This document shows positions 1 through 10,516 of a DNA stretch of 64,000 nucleotides, in pieces (the first letter of the stretch is position 1; each line of letters begins with the position of its first letter). The stretch is from an uncultured delta proteobacterium (GTDB lineage Bacteria > Myxococcota_A > Polyangia > Polyangiales > Houyiibacteriaceae). The stretch spans positions 64,064 to 128,063 of the forward strand of contig CAVWBW010000008.1 in NCBI GenBank assembly GCA_963753395.1, read 5' to 3'. The position numbers were made by a program, and so were the translations under genes. The notes under the pieces are model-generated. The model searched no databases and was not told the DNA's origin. It saw only the letters and a program-made list of their open reading frames with translations.

Positions 1-2
1 TC

Positions 3-1622
3 CTTATCTCCGGGATGGTCTCGACCGGATGCGTCAACAGGACCGGCGACGAGCTGCTTCCCGGCTTGATGTCGTTTCCCATCGCGATCGCGCTGTCGCC
101 GGACAAGAACGCGGACGGAAAGCCTAAGTTCGTCTACGTGACGAGCTCGAACTTCGCCCTGCAGTACAACGCCGGCAACGTTCAGGCATACGATCTCGAA
201 AAGCTGGTGGAGGGCATTGCCCGGGGCTGCGTCAGTCGGTGGGTGCGCACACAGTGCCTCGTTGATGACCTGGACCCCACGCTTCCCGAATGCCAGTGCG
301 AACCACTCGACCCCACCTGCACTCCGATCCCGATTGGAGTCAAGAATAGCTGCCTCGCGGAAGACTCCGACGAAGACATCAACAGCCCCGAGTGCGCATG
401 CGACCCGGACCCGGACGATGAGAGCTGTACCGCGGTGCCCCCCGATCGGTGCTCTGTGATTCCAGCTGGCCTGGAGTTTCGCGATCGGGAACAGGCCTTG
501 CTGAAGTTCGTTCGGGTCGAAGGCCTGATCACCGGCGAGGTCGAAATCGGCTCGTTCTCGGACGGCCTCGGCGTGTCGACGACGGGCCGACGGCTCTACC
601 TCCCTGTCCGGAGCGACGCCAACATCACCTGGATCGACGTGAGCGAAGAGGGTCGGTTGTTTTGTGGCGGCGACCAAGAAGAGAATGATGCCTGCTTGGG
701 GAAGTACCGCGACGGAGCGGGCGAGAAGGTAAACCCGAGCGTCGACATTACGTTCCCGGCGGACCCGGTCGATGTGTATGTCGGTGACCTATCAGAAGAC
801 TTTGCGCCGCCGGGCCAAGAAGATGACCCGATCTACAACGGCGACTACATCCTCGTCGCGCACCGTGAAGGGCACGCAAGCCTGTTGATCGACCAAGTAC
901 CGCAACCAGGTGTCAACGACAACGAAGAGAAGCGCCCGCGCTTCGCGGCGACCCTCGACAACCTCGCTCCCGAGCAGGTGACCATCACCTACGAACCCGG
1001 CGCGAAGCGCGCGTGGATCCCAAGCGCACTCACGAACTCCGTCGTGCGTGTCGGCATCGGCATCGATGGCGACCCAACGCAGAGCTACATGTTCAACGCG
1101 GGCACCCTGTTCGTCACGGGCATCGACCGCGGCACGAGCAGCCGAGACATCCTCTTCGATCCTCGGCCGGACCAAGAACTGGCGTACATCGTGTCCCGCT
1201 CCCCCGAAGCTCTCCTCGTCGCCCGCACCAACGTGGGGGGCGGAGAACTGAACATGATCGCTCAGATCTCCACGTGCCGAGACCCCTCACGTGTCCGGCT
1301 CGCAGAAGTCCCAGCCCGGGGCGGCACGGTGATCCTCGCCTTCGTCAGCTGCTTCCTCTCGCGAAATGTGAACATCATCGATACCGGCATGTTCCAGGGC
1401 GTGACGACGCTCACCAATATCAGCGGCGCGTTCGAATTCGTCATCGATGGCCCGCGGCTCCTGATGTACACGGCGGACTTCAGCACGTCGGTCCTTCGTG
1501 TGGCCGACCTCCGACCGCTCGTCGCGTGCCTCGAGGGCGGAAGCATGGCACCCGAGGAATGCTCGCCGCGGCTCCTTGGGCTGGTCGGCTTGCCGCAGCC
1601 CGTCTCGGAGCTCCCACGATGA
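3..1622 (+). CDS. Cys-rich lipoprotein with YncE-like beta-propeller (probably 5'-truncated by window edge)
   Basis: Frame is open from the window start (LISGMVSTGC, lipobox-like STGC). Propeller-like repeats (FVYVTSSNF, RRLYLP, LAYIVSRSPEAL) and a duplicated Cys/acidic insert. Stop overlaps the next start (ATGA). Confidence 0.7.
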   Translation, partial: LISGMVSTGCVNRTGDELLPGLMSFPIAIALSPDKNADGKPKFVYVTSSNFALQYNAGNVQAYDLEKLVEGIARGCVSRWVRTQCLVDDLDPTLPECQCEPLDPTCTPIPIGVKNSCLAEDSDEDINSPECACDPDPDDESCTAVPPDRCSVIPAGLEFRDREQALLKFVRVEGLITGEVEIGSFSDGLGVSTTGRRLYLPVRSDANITWIDVSEEGRLFCGGDQEENDACLGKYRDGAGEKVNPSVDITFPADPVDVYVGDLSEDFAPPGQEDDPIYNGDYILVAHREGHASLLIDQVPQPGVNDNEEKRPRFAATLDNLAPEQVTITYEPGAKRAWIPSALTNSVVRVGIGIDGDPTQSYMFNAGTLFVTGIDRGTSSRDILFDPRPDQELAYIVSRSPEALLVARTNVGGGELNMIAQISTCRDPSRVRLAEVPARGGTVILAFVSCFLSRNVNIIDTGMFQGVTTLTNISGAFEFVIDGPRLLMYTADFSTSVLRVADLRPLVACLEGGSMAPEECSPRLLGLVGLPQPVSELPR

Positions 1623-4351
1623 CTCGCTTCACCGCCATCTTCGCCTGCGCGCTCCTCCTGGCCTCGTGCCGAAACGCCACCAACAACGTCATCTTGGCCT
1701 CGCTCTCTCGGTCCGAGGAGATCAACCTTCTGTGCGCGGAAATCGAACAGGTCACCGGCAACACCTACAGGCTTTACGAAACACTCCCCCTCGAGCTCTG
1801 CGGTGAAGATGTCACGGTTGCGCCCGACCCCGATGCACCCGACGCTGAGCCCCAGTCCCTCGGCGCGGTCACACAGACCGAGTCCGGAACTGTCGCCGTC
1901 GTGAACTTCTCGAACGGCGCGATCTTCGATACGAGCCGCACCGTGCCGGGGGTGACCGCGCTCCGCGTTGGCGAGCAGCCGACAGCCATCCAGATCTCAC
2001 CCATCGACTCACGTTACACCTACGTGACCAGCTACAGCCCAAAGAGCCTCCAAGCGATCTCGACGAGAGAAGTCATTACCGGGTCGCCGGTGCCGCCCGA
2101 CTACGACGCGGACGGCGAGCCCGATGGACCAATCCTCGAAGCCCAGCAGCTCCGCTTCGACGCCGGCCTCGTTGCCTTGGCCCTCCATGAGTTTGGAGAA
2201 GTCACGACCCAAGAAGCGAACGGGGAAGTCGTCAGCTTCACCACAGACATTCAATACCGCTATCTGTACGCCGCGATCCCCGAGCTCGGCCAGGTCGTGC
2301 AAGTCCAAGTCACGATCGACCAGGAGACAGGGAGACAAACCTTCGGTGCGATCACCACGATCCAGCTTCCAACGTATGCCTGCGACACGGTGACCCCTGT
2401 GGCCCCGCCGGCGTCGGACGTCGACGACTACAACCGAATCTGCCCCGAGAACTTCGAGAGCGTGGGCCAGGGTCGCTACATCAAGAACGTATCGACGACC
2501 CTCCCATGCACCGACGGCCCTGGCACCGGACCGATGCCCGTCGCGCTGACCGTCGACAAGGGCAACCCCGAGAACGAGCTCGACGATGTGTTGCTCGTTG
2601 CCGACGCCAACCAGCCGGTCATCCACCGCTTCGGCGTATGGTTGAACGGGGCCACCCCGCAAGCACCGATCGTCACCCTGACGCCAACGACCGAGGTCGA
2701 AGTCACGCCCTTCGTTCCCGCGACCTCGGCTCGGGACGATACCGCCGCGACGGACCGCTACCTCTATGCGGTCGGCGCCCTCGATTCGAGCGTGCTGGCG
2801 ATCGAGTACACGCCCGGGTCGGCGGACTTCGGCGCCGTGCTCCCGGTCGTCGCTGGGCAAAGCCCGCGGGCCAACGAGGAGAACATCGAGTCCCGCAATC
2901 GCGTGCGCTCCGGGTTCTCGAACGTACGCGCGATCGAGGTCGTCACCCCATCCTACGTGGTGGAGGAGCTCGTCCCAGGGGGTGGTCTCTTCATTCCCGA
3001 AGGCAACCCGGAAAGCTCCATCTGCAACCCCAACGATCCCGACGCCTCCTCGTTGGCGCAGAACGCCAGCAACATGCGTGGCGTCTTCCTGGCCGTCAGC
3101 CTCGCGAACGGAGTGATCGTCTTCCTCGACGTCTACGATCTGAATGCACCTTGTCGCGGCGGGGAAGGCAACGTCGCTTGTACGCCCGCGGAGACCGGAT
3201 CGGATCGCTTCGCGAGCATTCGGAGACACCGAAGGCGCTTCAACTTCACCCCAAGCACCTTCATCGAGATCGACGGAACACCTTCCATCCAGTTCAACTC
3301 GGCTCCGGGCGTACTCAACCCAGAAAATGGGGAAGCTGAGAACTCGGCCGGGCCTGACCTCGAGCTCATCCAATGCCCGGAATCCATGTTTAGTGTGTTT
3401 CAGCCGGAGCCGTTTTGGAGCACCGTACCCGGCTACATCTGCGCGTCGTCGCAGGTCTGGAGCAGCTTCTCACAGCGCTGGGATGGCCTGTGGCAGGGAT
3501 TGATCCCGAACAGCGAGGGCGGGCTTGGGCAGTTCTCCGATGAATCGTTCCAGGGTGAACCCGGTGAGTGGTTCCTGGCGGGCGACGTACCGTTTTGCCG
3601 CGTAGGTGTCCTCGGTCAGCAGCGAGGCACTCCGAGCGGCAGCGGCCTGAGCATCGATGAGCTCGAAGCCTACGGAGGCGACCGCCTCGTCATCACCGGA
3701 GAGCTTCCGCCCAACACCGCAGACATCGAAGCGTGCAAACAAGAGTTCACGGATCTCCTGGAAGACATCGAAGAACGACAGGTGTGGTTCCCCATCGTCG
3801 ACGCGTTCAACGACCAACTCAAAATTGGTCCCTCTCCGAGAGGCCCCGCATACACCGAGCTCGTCAAGCGCTGCTTCAACCAGTTCACCGAGTACCAGAT
3901 CCACACGCGGAACGTATACACGGTGCTCGGGAGCAGCTCGGGTTTCATCAACCGCGTGATCCCCGACGAGACCCAAGATGGCCTCTGCATCTTCGACCCC
4001 AGCCGGCCCGTCGATCTCCCGACCGGTCCGGATGACACCTTCGACGTCGACACGTATCTGACGGGCCGCGCCTTCCCGGGCACCCAATTCATCAACCCGC
4101 TCGCGAGCTTTCAGATCAGCGACTTCGACGCCGACATCACACCCACCGACTCGACGGTCGCGCTTGCGAGCTTTGCGATCCTCAACCAGTTCGGGTTGGA
4201 AAACCTCGACACCGGCGGTGGCGTGCCGTTTTCGCTGCCCGCTTCAATGCTCTTTTCGTCGCTTAGCAACGATCTCTATTTCGTGGACTACCAAGCCGGG
4301 GTGAAGCGGATCGTTTTTTCTCCGCTTTCCATCGTCCAGACTTTTGACTAG
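1619..4351 (+). CDS. Large Cys-containing lipoprotein (beta-propeller-like, about 910 aa)
   Basis: Real start is ATG 1619 (MTRFTAIFACALLLASC, lipobox LASC), coupled to the upstream stop. The ORF-track extension from 1013 is a shadow of the upstream gene. Confidence 0.75.
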   Translation: MTRFTAIFACALLLASCRNATNNVILASLSRSEEINLLCAEIEQVTGNTYRLYETLPLELCGEDVTVAPDPDAPDAEPQSLGAVTQTESGTVAVVNFSNGAIFDTSRTVPGVTALRVGEQPTAIQISPIDSRYTYVTSYSPKSLQAISTREVITGSPVPPDYDADGEPDGPILEAQQLRFDAGLVALALHEFGEVTTQEANGEVVSFTTDIQYRYLYAAIPELGQVVQVQVTIDQETGRQTFGAITTIQLPTYACDTVTPVAPPASDVDDYNRICPENFESVGQGRYIKNVSTTLPCTDGPGTGPMPVALTVDKGNPENELDDVLLVADANQPVIHRFGVWLNGATPQAPIVTLTPTTEVEVTPFVPATSARDDTAATDRYLYAVGALDSSVLAIEYTPGSADFGAVLPVVAGQSPRANEENIESRNRVRSGFSNVRAIEVVTPSYVVEELVPGGGLFIPEGNPESSICNPNDPDASSLAQNASNMRGVFLAVSLANGVIVFLDVYDLNAPCRGGEGNVACTPAETGSDRFASIRRHRRRFNFTPSTFIEIDGTPSIQFNSAPGVLNPENGEAENSAGPDLELIQCPESMFSVFQPEPFWSTVPGYICASSQVWSSFSQRWDGLWQGLIPNSEGGLGQFSDESFQGEPGEWFLAGDVPFCRVGVLGQQRGTPSGSGLSIDELEAYGGDRLVITGELPPNTADIEACKQEFTDLLEDIEERQVWFPIVDAFNDQLKIGPSPRGPAYTELVKRCFNQFTEYQIHTRNVYTVLGSSSGFINRVIPDETQDGLCIFDPSRPVDLPTGPDDTFDVDTYLTGRAFPGTQFINPLASFQISDFDADITPTDSTVALASFAILNQFGLENLDTGGGVPFSLPASMLFSSLSNDLYFVDYQAGVKRIVFSPLSIVQTFD

Positions 4352-4360
4352 ACCCGGCTC

Positions 4361-6934
4361 ATGGGTGCACGGGGTACCGCGCGAAAGAAAGACCACACGC
4401 CGGTCATGCGCCAGTTCTTGGCCGCGAAGGCACAGCACCCCGATGCGATCGTGTTCTTCCGGCTCGGGGACTTCTACGAGATGTTCTACGAGGATGCCGT
4501 GCGCGCGGCAGCCGTCCTCGACATCGCGCTGACCTCGCGCGGCACCGGGCCCGACGGCAAGAAGATCCCGATGGCCGGTGTGCCGCATCACGCGGCCGCT
4601 GGCTATCTCGCGAGACTGCTCCGCGCCGGCGAGAAGGTCGCCATCTGCGAGCAGATGGGTGATCCATCGAGTGTTCGTGGCGTGGTGCCGCGCGAGGTCG
4701 TGAGGGTGGTGACCCCGGGGCTCTGCCTCGAACCTGACGCCCTCGACGCGCGCGCCGAGAACTTCCTGGTCGCCGTGACGGAGGAGGGCGGCATTGCGGC
4801 GCTCGAGCTGTCGACGGGCACGCTGCGCGCGTGCCTCGTCGAGATCGGGCCACAGTGGGTTGGGGAGCTCGTCCGACTGGACCCGCCGGAGGTCCTGGTC
4901 GAGGCCGGCGCGGCCGGTCTCGAAGACGCGTGCCGCCAGAGCTTGCCTAACGCGGCGCTCCGCGTCGTCGCGCCCCCCAGCGCCGCCGAGGCCGTCGAGC
5001 AGACCCTGACCGAGGAACAAGTGGCGGAGCTTTCTGCGCAGCCGGCCGCGGCCAGGGCGGCGTCCTTGGTGCTCGAGTACGCGAGGGCCCATCTGGCGCA
5101 CTCTCACATCCACGTAGCCACTCTCTACGCGGCGGGCGATCGCCTCGTGCTGGACGACGCGGCGGTGAGAAACCTGGAGCTCGTGCGTACGCTCGACGGC
5201 GAACGACGCGGCTCCCTCTTGCATCTGCTCGACGAGACGAAGACGTCGATGGGGGCGAGGGCGCTTCGGACTCGGCTGCTCGAGCCCCTGACCGACATCG
5301 AGCGCATTCGCCGGCGCCACGACGCGGTGGAGCTCTTCGCTTGCGACGCCCGGACGCGTGAGCAGGCGAGGGCACTTCTCGCAGAAATCGGTGACCTCGA
5401 ACGGCTCGCAGTGCGCGCCGCGGTGGGTTTGGCGACGCCTCGCGACCTCGGCGTAATCCGCAACAGTCTTCGGAGCACGCAAGCGCTTCACGAACAGCTC
5501 GCCCGCCTGCCGCGGCGCGACCTCGACGATGCGCTGGCGTCCCTTCACGACGCGGACTTGTGTGCGGACGTGCGCGCACTTCTCGAACGAGCGCTCGTGG
5601 CAGAGCCGCCGGCGATCGATCGACAGGGCGGCATCTTCGCCAACGGCCACCTCGAAGATCTCGACGAGCTTCGCAAGCTCTCGACGACAGCGAAGGACAT
5701 CGTCCTCGACCTCGAGCGCCGCGAACGTGAGCGCACCGGCATCGGGTCACTCAAGGTCAAGTTCACGAAGGTATTCGGCTACTACATCGAGATCACGAAA
5801 TCGAAGCTCGACTCGGTGCCCGACGAGTACGTCCGAAAGCAAACCATTGCGAACGGCGAACGTTTCATCACTGCAGAGCTCGCGGAGCTCCAAGACCGAA
5901 TCCTCCACGCCGATGAACGCGCGCGCGCACTCGAGTCGGCGGCCTTCGTCGACCTACGCAGATCGGTGGGCGAGCAAGCTCCCCGTCTTCACCGCCTCGC
6001 GCGTGTGATCGCCTCCATCGACGTCGCGACGGCGCTCGCCGAGGTCGCACAGGTCCGCGGCTATGTCCGCCCTACGGTGGATTCGAGCCGTGAGCTCCAC
6101 CTCGAAGAGAGCCGTCACCCGACCGTCGAGTGCTACGCGGCGAAGGACGGGTTCGTACCCAATACGATCGAGCTCGATCCCGAGGAAACGCGCTTCATGC
6201 TGCTCACCGGCCCAAACATGGCAGGCAAGTCCACGGCGATGCGGCAAGCTGCATTGGCGGTCATCATGGCGCAATCGGGCGGCTTCGTGGCCGCCAAGTC
6301 GGCGCGCATCGGAATCGTGGATCGCGTCTACACCCGAGTCGGGGCGAGTGACCAACTCGCGCGCGGCCAGAGCACCTTCATGGTGGAGATGACCGAGGCC
6401 TCGGCGATCTTGCGAGGCGCCACCGACCGATCGTTCGTGATCCTCGACGAGATCGGTCGCGGCACGAGCACCTACGACGGCCTGGCGATCGCATGGGCGG
6501 TCGCTGAGCACCTTCACGACGCAACGCGTTGCCGCACGATCTTCGCGACGCACTACCACGAGCTATGCGAGCTGGCCGATCGCCTGCCCAATGCCGCGAA
6601 CTACAATGTCGCGGCAAAAGAGCACGATGACAGCATGGTCTTGCTTCATCAGCTCGTTCCCGGGGGCTCCAACCGAAGCTATGGCCTGGCTGTTGCTAGG
6701 CTGGCGGGCGTCCCACCTGTCGTGCTCGCCCGCGCGAAAGCGAAGCTCGGGGAGCTCGAAACGCGCCTCGAGACCGCCCCCGCACCCCAGATGCCGCTCT
6801 TCGACGCGCCGCCACCGCCGGACTCCGAGGTCGAGGCCACATTGCGCGCGCTCGATGTCGAGCGGATGACGCCAGTCGATGCACTCGTGACCCTCGCACG
6901 CTTGCGCGACCTCTCTCGGCGTGACGACGAGTAG
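4361..6934 (+). CDS. mutS: DNA mismatch repair protein MutS
   Basis: HTPVMRQF, FRLGDFYEMF mismatch motif, TGPNMAGKST Walker A, STFMVEM, DEIGRGTST, FATHYHEL. Confidence 0.98.
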   Translation: MGARGTARKKDHTPVMRQFLAAKAQHPDAIVFFRLGDFYEMFYEDAVRAAAVLDIALTSRGTGPDGKKIPMAGVPHHAAAGYLARLLRAGEKVAICEQMGDPSSVRGVVPREVVRVVTPGLCLEPDALDARAENFLVAVTEEGGIAALELSTGTLRACLVEIGPQWVGELVRLDPPEVLVEAGAAGLEDACRQSLPNAALRVVAPPSAAEAVEQTLTEEQVAELSAQPAAARAASLVLEYARAHLAHSHIHVATLYAAGDRLVLDDAAVRNLELVRTLDGERRGSLLHLLDETKTSMGARALRTRLLEPLTDIERIRRRHDAVELFACDARTREQARALLAEIGDLERLAVRAAVGLATPRDLGVIRNSLRSTQALHEQLARLPRRDLDDALASLHDADLCADVRALLERALVAEPPAIDRQGGIFANGHLEDLDELRKLSTTAKDIVLDLERRERERTGIGSLKVKFTKVFGYYIEITKSKLDSVPDEYVRKQTIANGERFITAELAELQDRILHADERARALESAAFVDLRRSVGEQAPRLHRLARVIASIDVATALAEVAQVRGYVRPTVDSSRELHLEESRHPTVECYAAKDGFVPNTIELDPEETRFMLLTGPNMAGKSTAMRQAALAVIMAQSGGFVAAKSARIGIVDRVYTRVGASDQLARGQSTFMVEMTEASAILRGATDRSFVILDEIGRGTSTYDGLAIAWAVAEHLHDATRCRTIFATHYHELCELADRLPNAANYNVAAKEHDDSMVLLHQLVPGGSNRSYGLAVARLAGVPPVVLARAKAKLGELETRLETAPAPQMPLFDAPPPPDSEVEATLRALDVERMTPVDALVTLARLRDLSRRDDE

Positions 6935-6987
6935 CGAACGGGCCACGACGCTATACCTTCGTTTGGGGGACTGATACCATCGACGTC

Positions 6988-8055
6988 ATGGAGGATCGTC
7001 TTCGTCGGATCACCGAATCGCTCGAGGAGGCGGACCGGCAGATCGTGAGCGCGCTGAATGCGCGCGCGAAAGCGATCCAAGAGTACAACGCCCTCCGAGA
7101 GGAAGCAGGCGACGAGCCCTTGCGCATCCCAAAGAAGGCGGCTGTCGTCGCGAATGCTCGCGCTCTTGCAAAGGAGTTCCCGCCCGAGAGCATCGAACCC
7201 GTCTTTCGGGAAGTGCTGTCCGCCTGCACGAGCCTCATTGCGCCCGACGTGGTCGCCTACTTCGGGGCCCCCGGCGACCTCGCGCATGCCGCAGCTCGCG
7301 ACTATTTCGGTCATGCGCCGAGCTTCCGCCCCAACGAGTCGGTCAGCGCGGTCCTCGAATCCGTACTGCACGGGCACGCCACCTTTGGCGTAGTCCCCTT
7401 GGAGACGTCGACCGACGGCGCGATCACGGCAACGCTCAACGGGCTCGTCGCAACCGACGCGAAGCTCTGCGCCGAGCGCGTCGTTCGGCAGCGCTACCAA
7501 TTGCTGTCGCAGTCCGGCGAGGCGTCGCACGTGCTGAAGATCTACGGCTCCCCCCAAGCGATTGCCGCATCAGAGCGCCAGCTGAGGTCGCGCTACCCCG
7601 ACGCGATTCTCGTCGACGTGCAGTCGGGCGAGGCGGCGGCGCACTTCGCACTCGGCGACGATCAATCGGCCGCTCTCGGCTCACCGCTGCTCAAGGAGCT
7701 TCACGCGCTGAAGCTGATCGACGACCACCTCGAGAACGATTCGGCGGTTCGTACGCGATTCGGCATCGTAGGCGACCGGCTCCCGTCGCGAACCGGCCAA
7801 GATCGGACGATGCTCGCGATCGCTCCCGGCGACGACCCGGGTGCGCTGCACGGGGCGCTTCGCCCGCTGGCCGACCGTGGGATCAACCTCACGCGAATCG
7901 AATCACGGCCCTCGGCCAACTCCGAATGGAACCACCTCTTCTTTCTCGAGATGGACGGCCACATCACCGACCGATCAATCCTGACGGCGGTCGAGGAGCT
8001 GCGCCGCATCGCCCGTTATGCCAAGGTGCTCGGCAGCTACCCCCGACCGAGCTGA
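6988..8055 (+). CDS. pheA: Chorismate mutase/prephenate dehydratase (P-protein), divergent
   Basis: N-terminal CM-like helix (DRQIVSALNARA), PDT motifs (GVVPLETSTDG, TRF), ACT domain INLTRIESRPS...KVLGSYP; synteny with hisC-aroA-cmk-rpsA. Confidence 0.88.
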   Translation: MEDRLRRITESLEEADRQIVSALNARAKAIQEYNALREEAGDEPLRIPKKAAVVANARALAKEFPPESIEPVFREVLSACTSLIAPDVVAYFGAPGDLAHAAARDYFGHAPSFRPNESVSAVLESVLHGHATFGVVPLETSTDGAITATLNGLVATDAKLCAERVVRQRYQLLSQSGEASHVLKIYGSPQAIAASERQLRSRYPDAILVDVQSGEAAAHFALGDDQSAALGSPLLKELHALKLIDDHLENDSAVRTRFGIVGDRLPSRTGQDRTMLAIAPGDDPGALHGALRPLADRGINLTRIESRPSANSEWNHLFFLEMDGHITDRSILTAVEELRRIARYAKVLGSYPRPS

Positions 8056-8064
8056 CCCACGCAG

Positions 8065-9165
8065 ATGAGCGACCTCGCGGCCCCCCACATTCTGGCGCTG
8101 ACGGCGTACGAGCCTGGCAAACCTGAAGAAGAGCTTCGCCGCGAGCTAGGGCTCGACGACATCGTGAAGCTCGCGTCGAACGAAAACCCGTACGGCCCCT
8201 CACCCAGCGCGATAGCGGCCGTCTCCGGGGAAGCACTTGCGCTTCACCGCTACCCGGACCCGCGTGGACACCACCTCCGCGAGGCACTCGCCGCGCATCA
8301 CGGCGTGCTGGCGGAGGAGCTCTGCCTCGGCAACGGCTCGAACGAGCTGATCGACTTGATCTGCCGCGTCTTCGCCGGGCGAGGCGATCATGCGGTCTTT
8401 GGGCACCCTTCGTTTCCCTGTTACCGCATCGGGTCCATCGCCCAGGAGCTGCCGTTCACGGCCGTGCCGCTTCGCGAGCATCTCAACTGGAACGTCGACG
8501 ACCTCCTCGCGGCGATCACCCCGAAGACCAAGCTGCTCTTCGTCTCGAATCCGAACAATCCGACTGGGGCACACATCGACCAAGCAGACCTCACGCGCCT
8601 CCTTCGCGAGCTCCCGGGGCATGTGCTCGCCGTCGTCGACGAAGCGTACGTCGAGTACGTCGACGCGGACGGCTTCGCTCCCGCTACCGAGCTCAGAGAC
8701 ACGCGGGAGCGGCTCGCAATTCTGCGCACGTTCTCCAAAGCCTATGCGTTGGCCGGGCTGCGAGTCGGCTACGCAATTGGAACGCCGGAGCTGGTCACGC
8801 ACCTCAACCGGCTGCGGGCACCGTTCAACGTCGGCACCCCCGGCCAAGTGGCCGCGAGGGCCGCGCTCGACGACCAAGCCCATCTAAGAGCAACGGTGGC
8901 GGCTACCATCGCGGAGCGGGCCACGCTCACCAAAGGGCTCGAAGCGGCCGGCCTGCGCGTGGCGCCCAGCCAGGCGAACTTCGTTTTGGTCGACGTCGGC
9001 CAGCCGGGAAGGGCGGTGTACGAGGCCCTGCTAGAGCAAGGTGTCATCGTGCGCCCCATGGCGGCGCCGCTCGACACTTGGCTTCGGATCACCGTTGGCC
9101 TGCCGCACGAAAACCAACGCTGCCTCGACTCCCTTGGGCACGTGCTAAGGGAGTCGCGTGCATAG
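8065..9165 (+). CDS. hisC: Histidinol-phosphate aminotransferase
   Basis: KLASNENPYGPS, GNGSNELI, NPNNPTG, VDEAY, RTFSKAYALAGLRVGY. Confidence 0.95.
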   Translation: MSDLAAPHILALTAYEPGKPEEELRRELGLDDIVKLASNENPYGPSPSAIAAVSGEALALHRYPDPRGHHLREALAAHHGVLAEELCLGNGSNELIDLICRVFAGRGDHAVFGHPSFPCYRIGSIAQELPFTAVPLREHLNWNVDDLLAAITPKTKLLFVSNPNNPTGAHIDQADLTRLLRELPGHVLAVVDEAYVEYVDADGFAPATELRDTRERLAILRTFSKAYALAGLRVGYAIGTPELVTHLNRLRAPFNVGTPGQVAARAALDDQAHLRATVAATIAERATLTKGLEAAGLRVAPSQANFVLVDVGQPGRAVYEALLEQGVIVRPMAAPLDTWLRITVGLPHENQRCLDSLGHVLRESRA

Positions 9166-10516
9166 CGTCCGCAAGCGATACCGCGTCCGCCGCTCGGGTC
9201 CGCTCCGGGGCAGCGTTCGCGTCCCCGGCGACAAGTCGATCGGACATCGGAGCCTGATCTTCGGGGCGCTCGGCCGCGGCCCGTCCCGTATCACAGGCCT
9301 CTCAGAAGGGCTCGACAACCAGGCCACCCGCCAGGCGTTTCGCGCCATGGGTGTGCGCATCGAAGACAGCGACGGGGCGACCATCATCCACGGTGTGGGT
9401 TTGCGTGGCTTGCGGATGCCGGGCGACGTCGTCGATTGCGGCAACTCGGGCACCACGATGCGATTGCTCGCCGGCCTTTTGAGCGGCCAGCGCTTTGGGA
9501 CCCGCATGATCGGAGACGCGTCGCTCACACGCCGCCCGATGGGTCGCGTCATCGAGCCGCTGCGCGCGCGCGGCGCTCACATCGCGGGCACCGCAGGCGC
9601 CAAGCCGGACGAGGTCTACCCACCGATCTCGATCGCGCCGCTCGTCGAAGGCGAAGACCTAAAAGGCATCGAGTACGCCATGCCGGTCGCGAGCGCTCAG
9701 GTAAAAAGTGCACTGCTTCTGAGCGGCCTCTACGCGGCCGGCCCCACGGTCCTCGAAGAGCCCGTGCTCTCGCGCGATCACACCGAGCGCATGATGCTCG
9801 CGCTCGGCGTTCCGCTTCAAACCGCCGGCGCTTCGGTCGTTCTCGACCCACGCGTCGACTGGGGACGAGGTTGGGAGCCGTTCGAGTGGCACGTGCCGAG
9901 CGACCCATCGAGCGCAACATTTCCCCTCCTTGCCGCGGCGATGGTCCGAGGCAGCGAGGTGAGCGTCGCAGACGTTTGCGTGAACCCCACGCGTACGGGG
10001 CTCTTCGACTGGCTGCGTCTGATCGGCGCGCGCTGCGCACACCGGCCGAGCGGCCACGGCGCGGGCGACGAGCCGATGGCGGAGCTCACGGTGAGTCACG
10101 GCTCCATCCGGGGATCAGTGGCGGCTGGTGAGCTCATCGTTCGCATGATCGACGAGATCCCCGCCGTCTGCGCGCTCGCCGCTGTCGCCAACGGTAAGAC
10201 CGAGATCCGCGACGCGGCCGAGCTACGCGTCAAAGAGAGCGACCGGATCGCAACCATGGCGCGCGTCCTCGGTGCCTTTGGGGTGCCCTGCGAGGAGCTG
10301 CCGGACGGCATGATCGTCACCGGGGGCGCCGCGCTTCGGGGCGCACATATCGACAGCCAAGGCGACCACCGCATCGCAATGTCGGCCGCGCTACTCGGGC
10401 TCGTCGGCGAGGGGGAGTCGATCATCGATGGCGCGGAGGCGGTCGACACCAGCTTTCCGGGCTTCGTCGGGCTCATGCGATCGCTCGGCGCAGACATCAC
10501 GGAGGAAATTCTATGA
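9158..10516 (+). CDS. aroA: 3-phosphoshikimate 1-carboxyvinyltransferase (EPSP synthase, class II)
   Basis: PGDKSIGHR, DCGNSGTTMRL, RRPMGRV, SAQVKSA, RDHTERM, ELRVKESDRI, DHRIAM. Confidence 0.97.
   Translation: MHSVRKRYRVRRSGPLRGSVRVPGDKSIGHRSLIFGALGRGPSRITGLSEGLDNQATRQAFRAMGVRIEDSDGATIIHGVGLRGLRMPGDVVDCGNSGTTMRLLAGLLSGQRFGTRMIGDASLTRRPMGRVIEPLRARGAHIAGTAGAKPDEVYPPISIAPLVEGEDLKGIEYAMPVASAQVKSALLLSGLYAAGPTVLEEPVLSRDHTERMMLALGVPLQTAGASVVLDPRVDWGRGWEPFEWHVPSDPSSATFPLLAAAMVRGSEVSVADVCVNPTRTGLFDWLRLIGARCAHRPSGHGAGDEPMAELTVSHGSIRGSVAAGELIVRMIDEIPAVCALAAVANGKTEIRDAAELRVKESDRIATMARVLGAFGVPCEELPDGMIVTGGAALRGAHIDSQGDHRIAMSAALLGLVGEGESIIDGAEAVDTSFPGFVGLMRSLGADITEEIL

Noticed and set aside
1013..1618. 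N-terminal extension of the 1112-aa ORF
   Set aside because: It overlaps the upstream gene; the signal peptide begins at ATG 1619.
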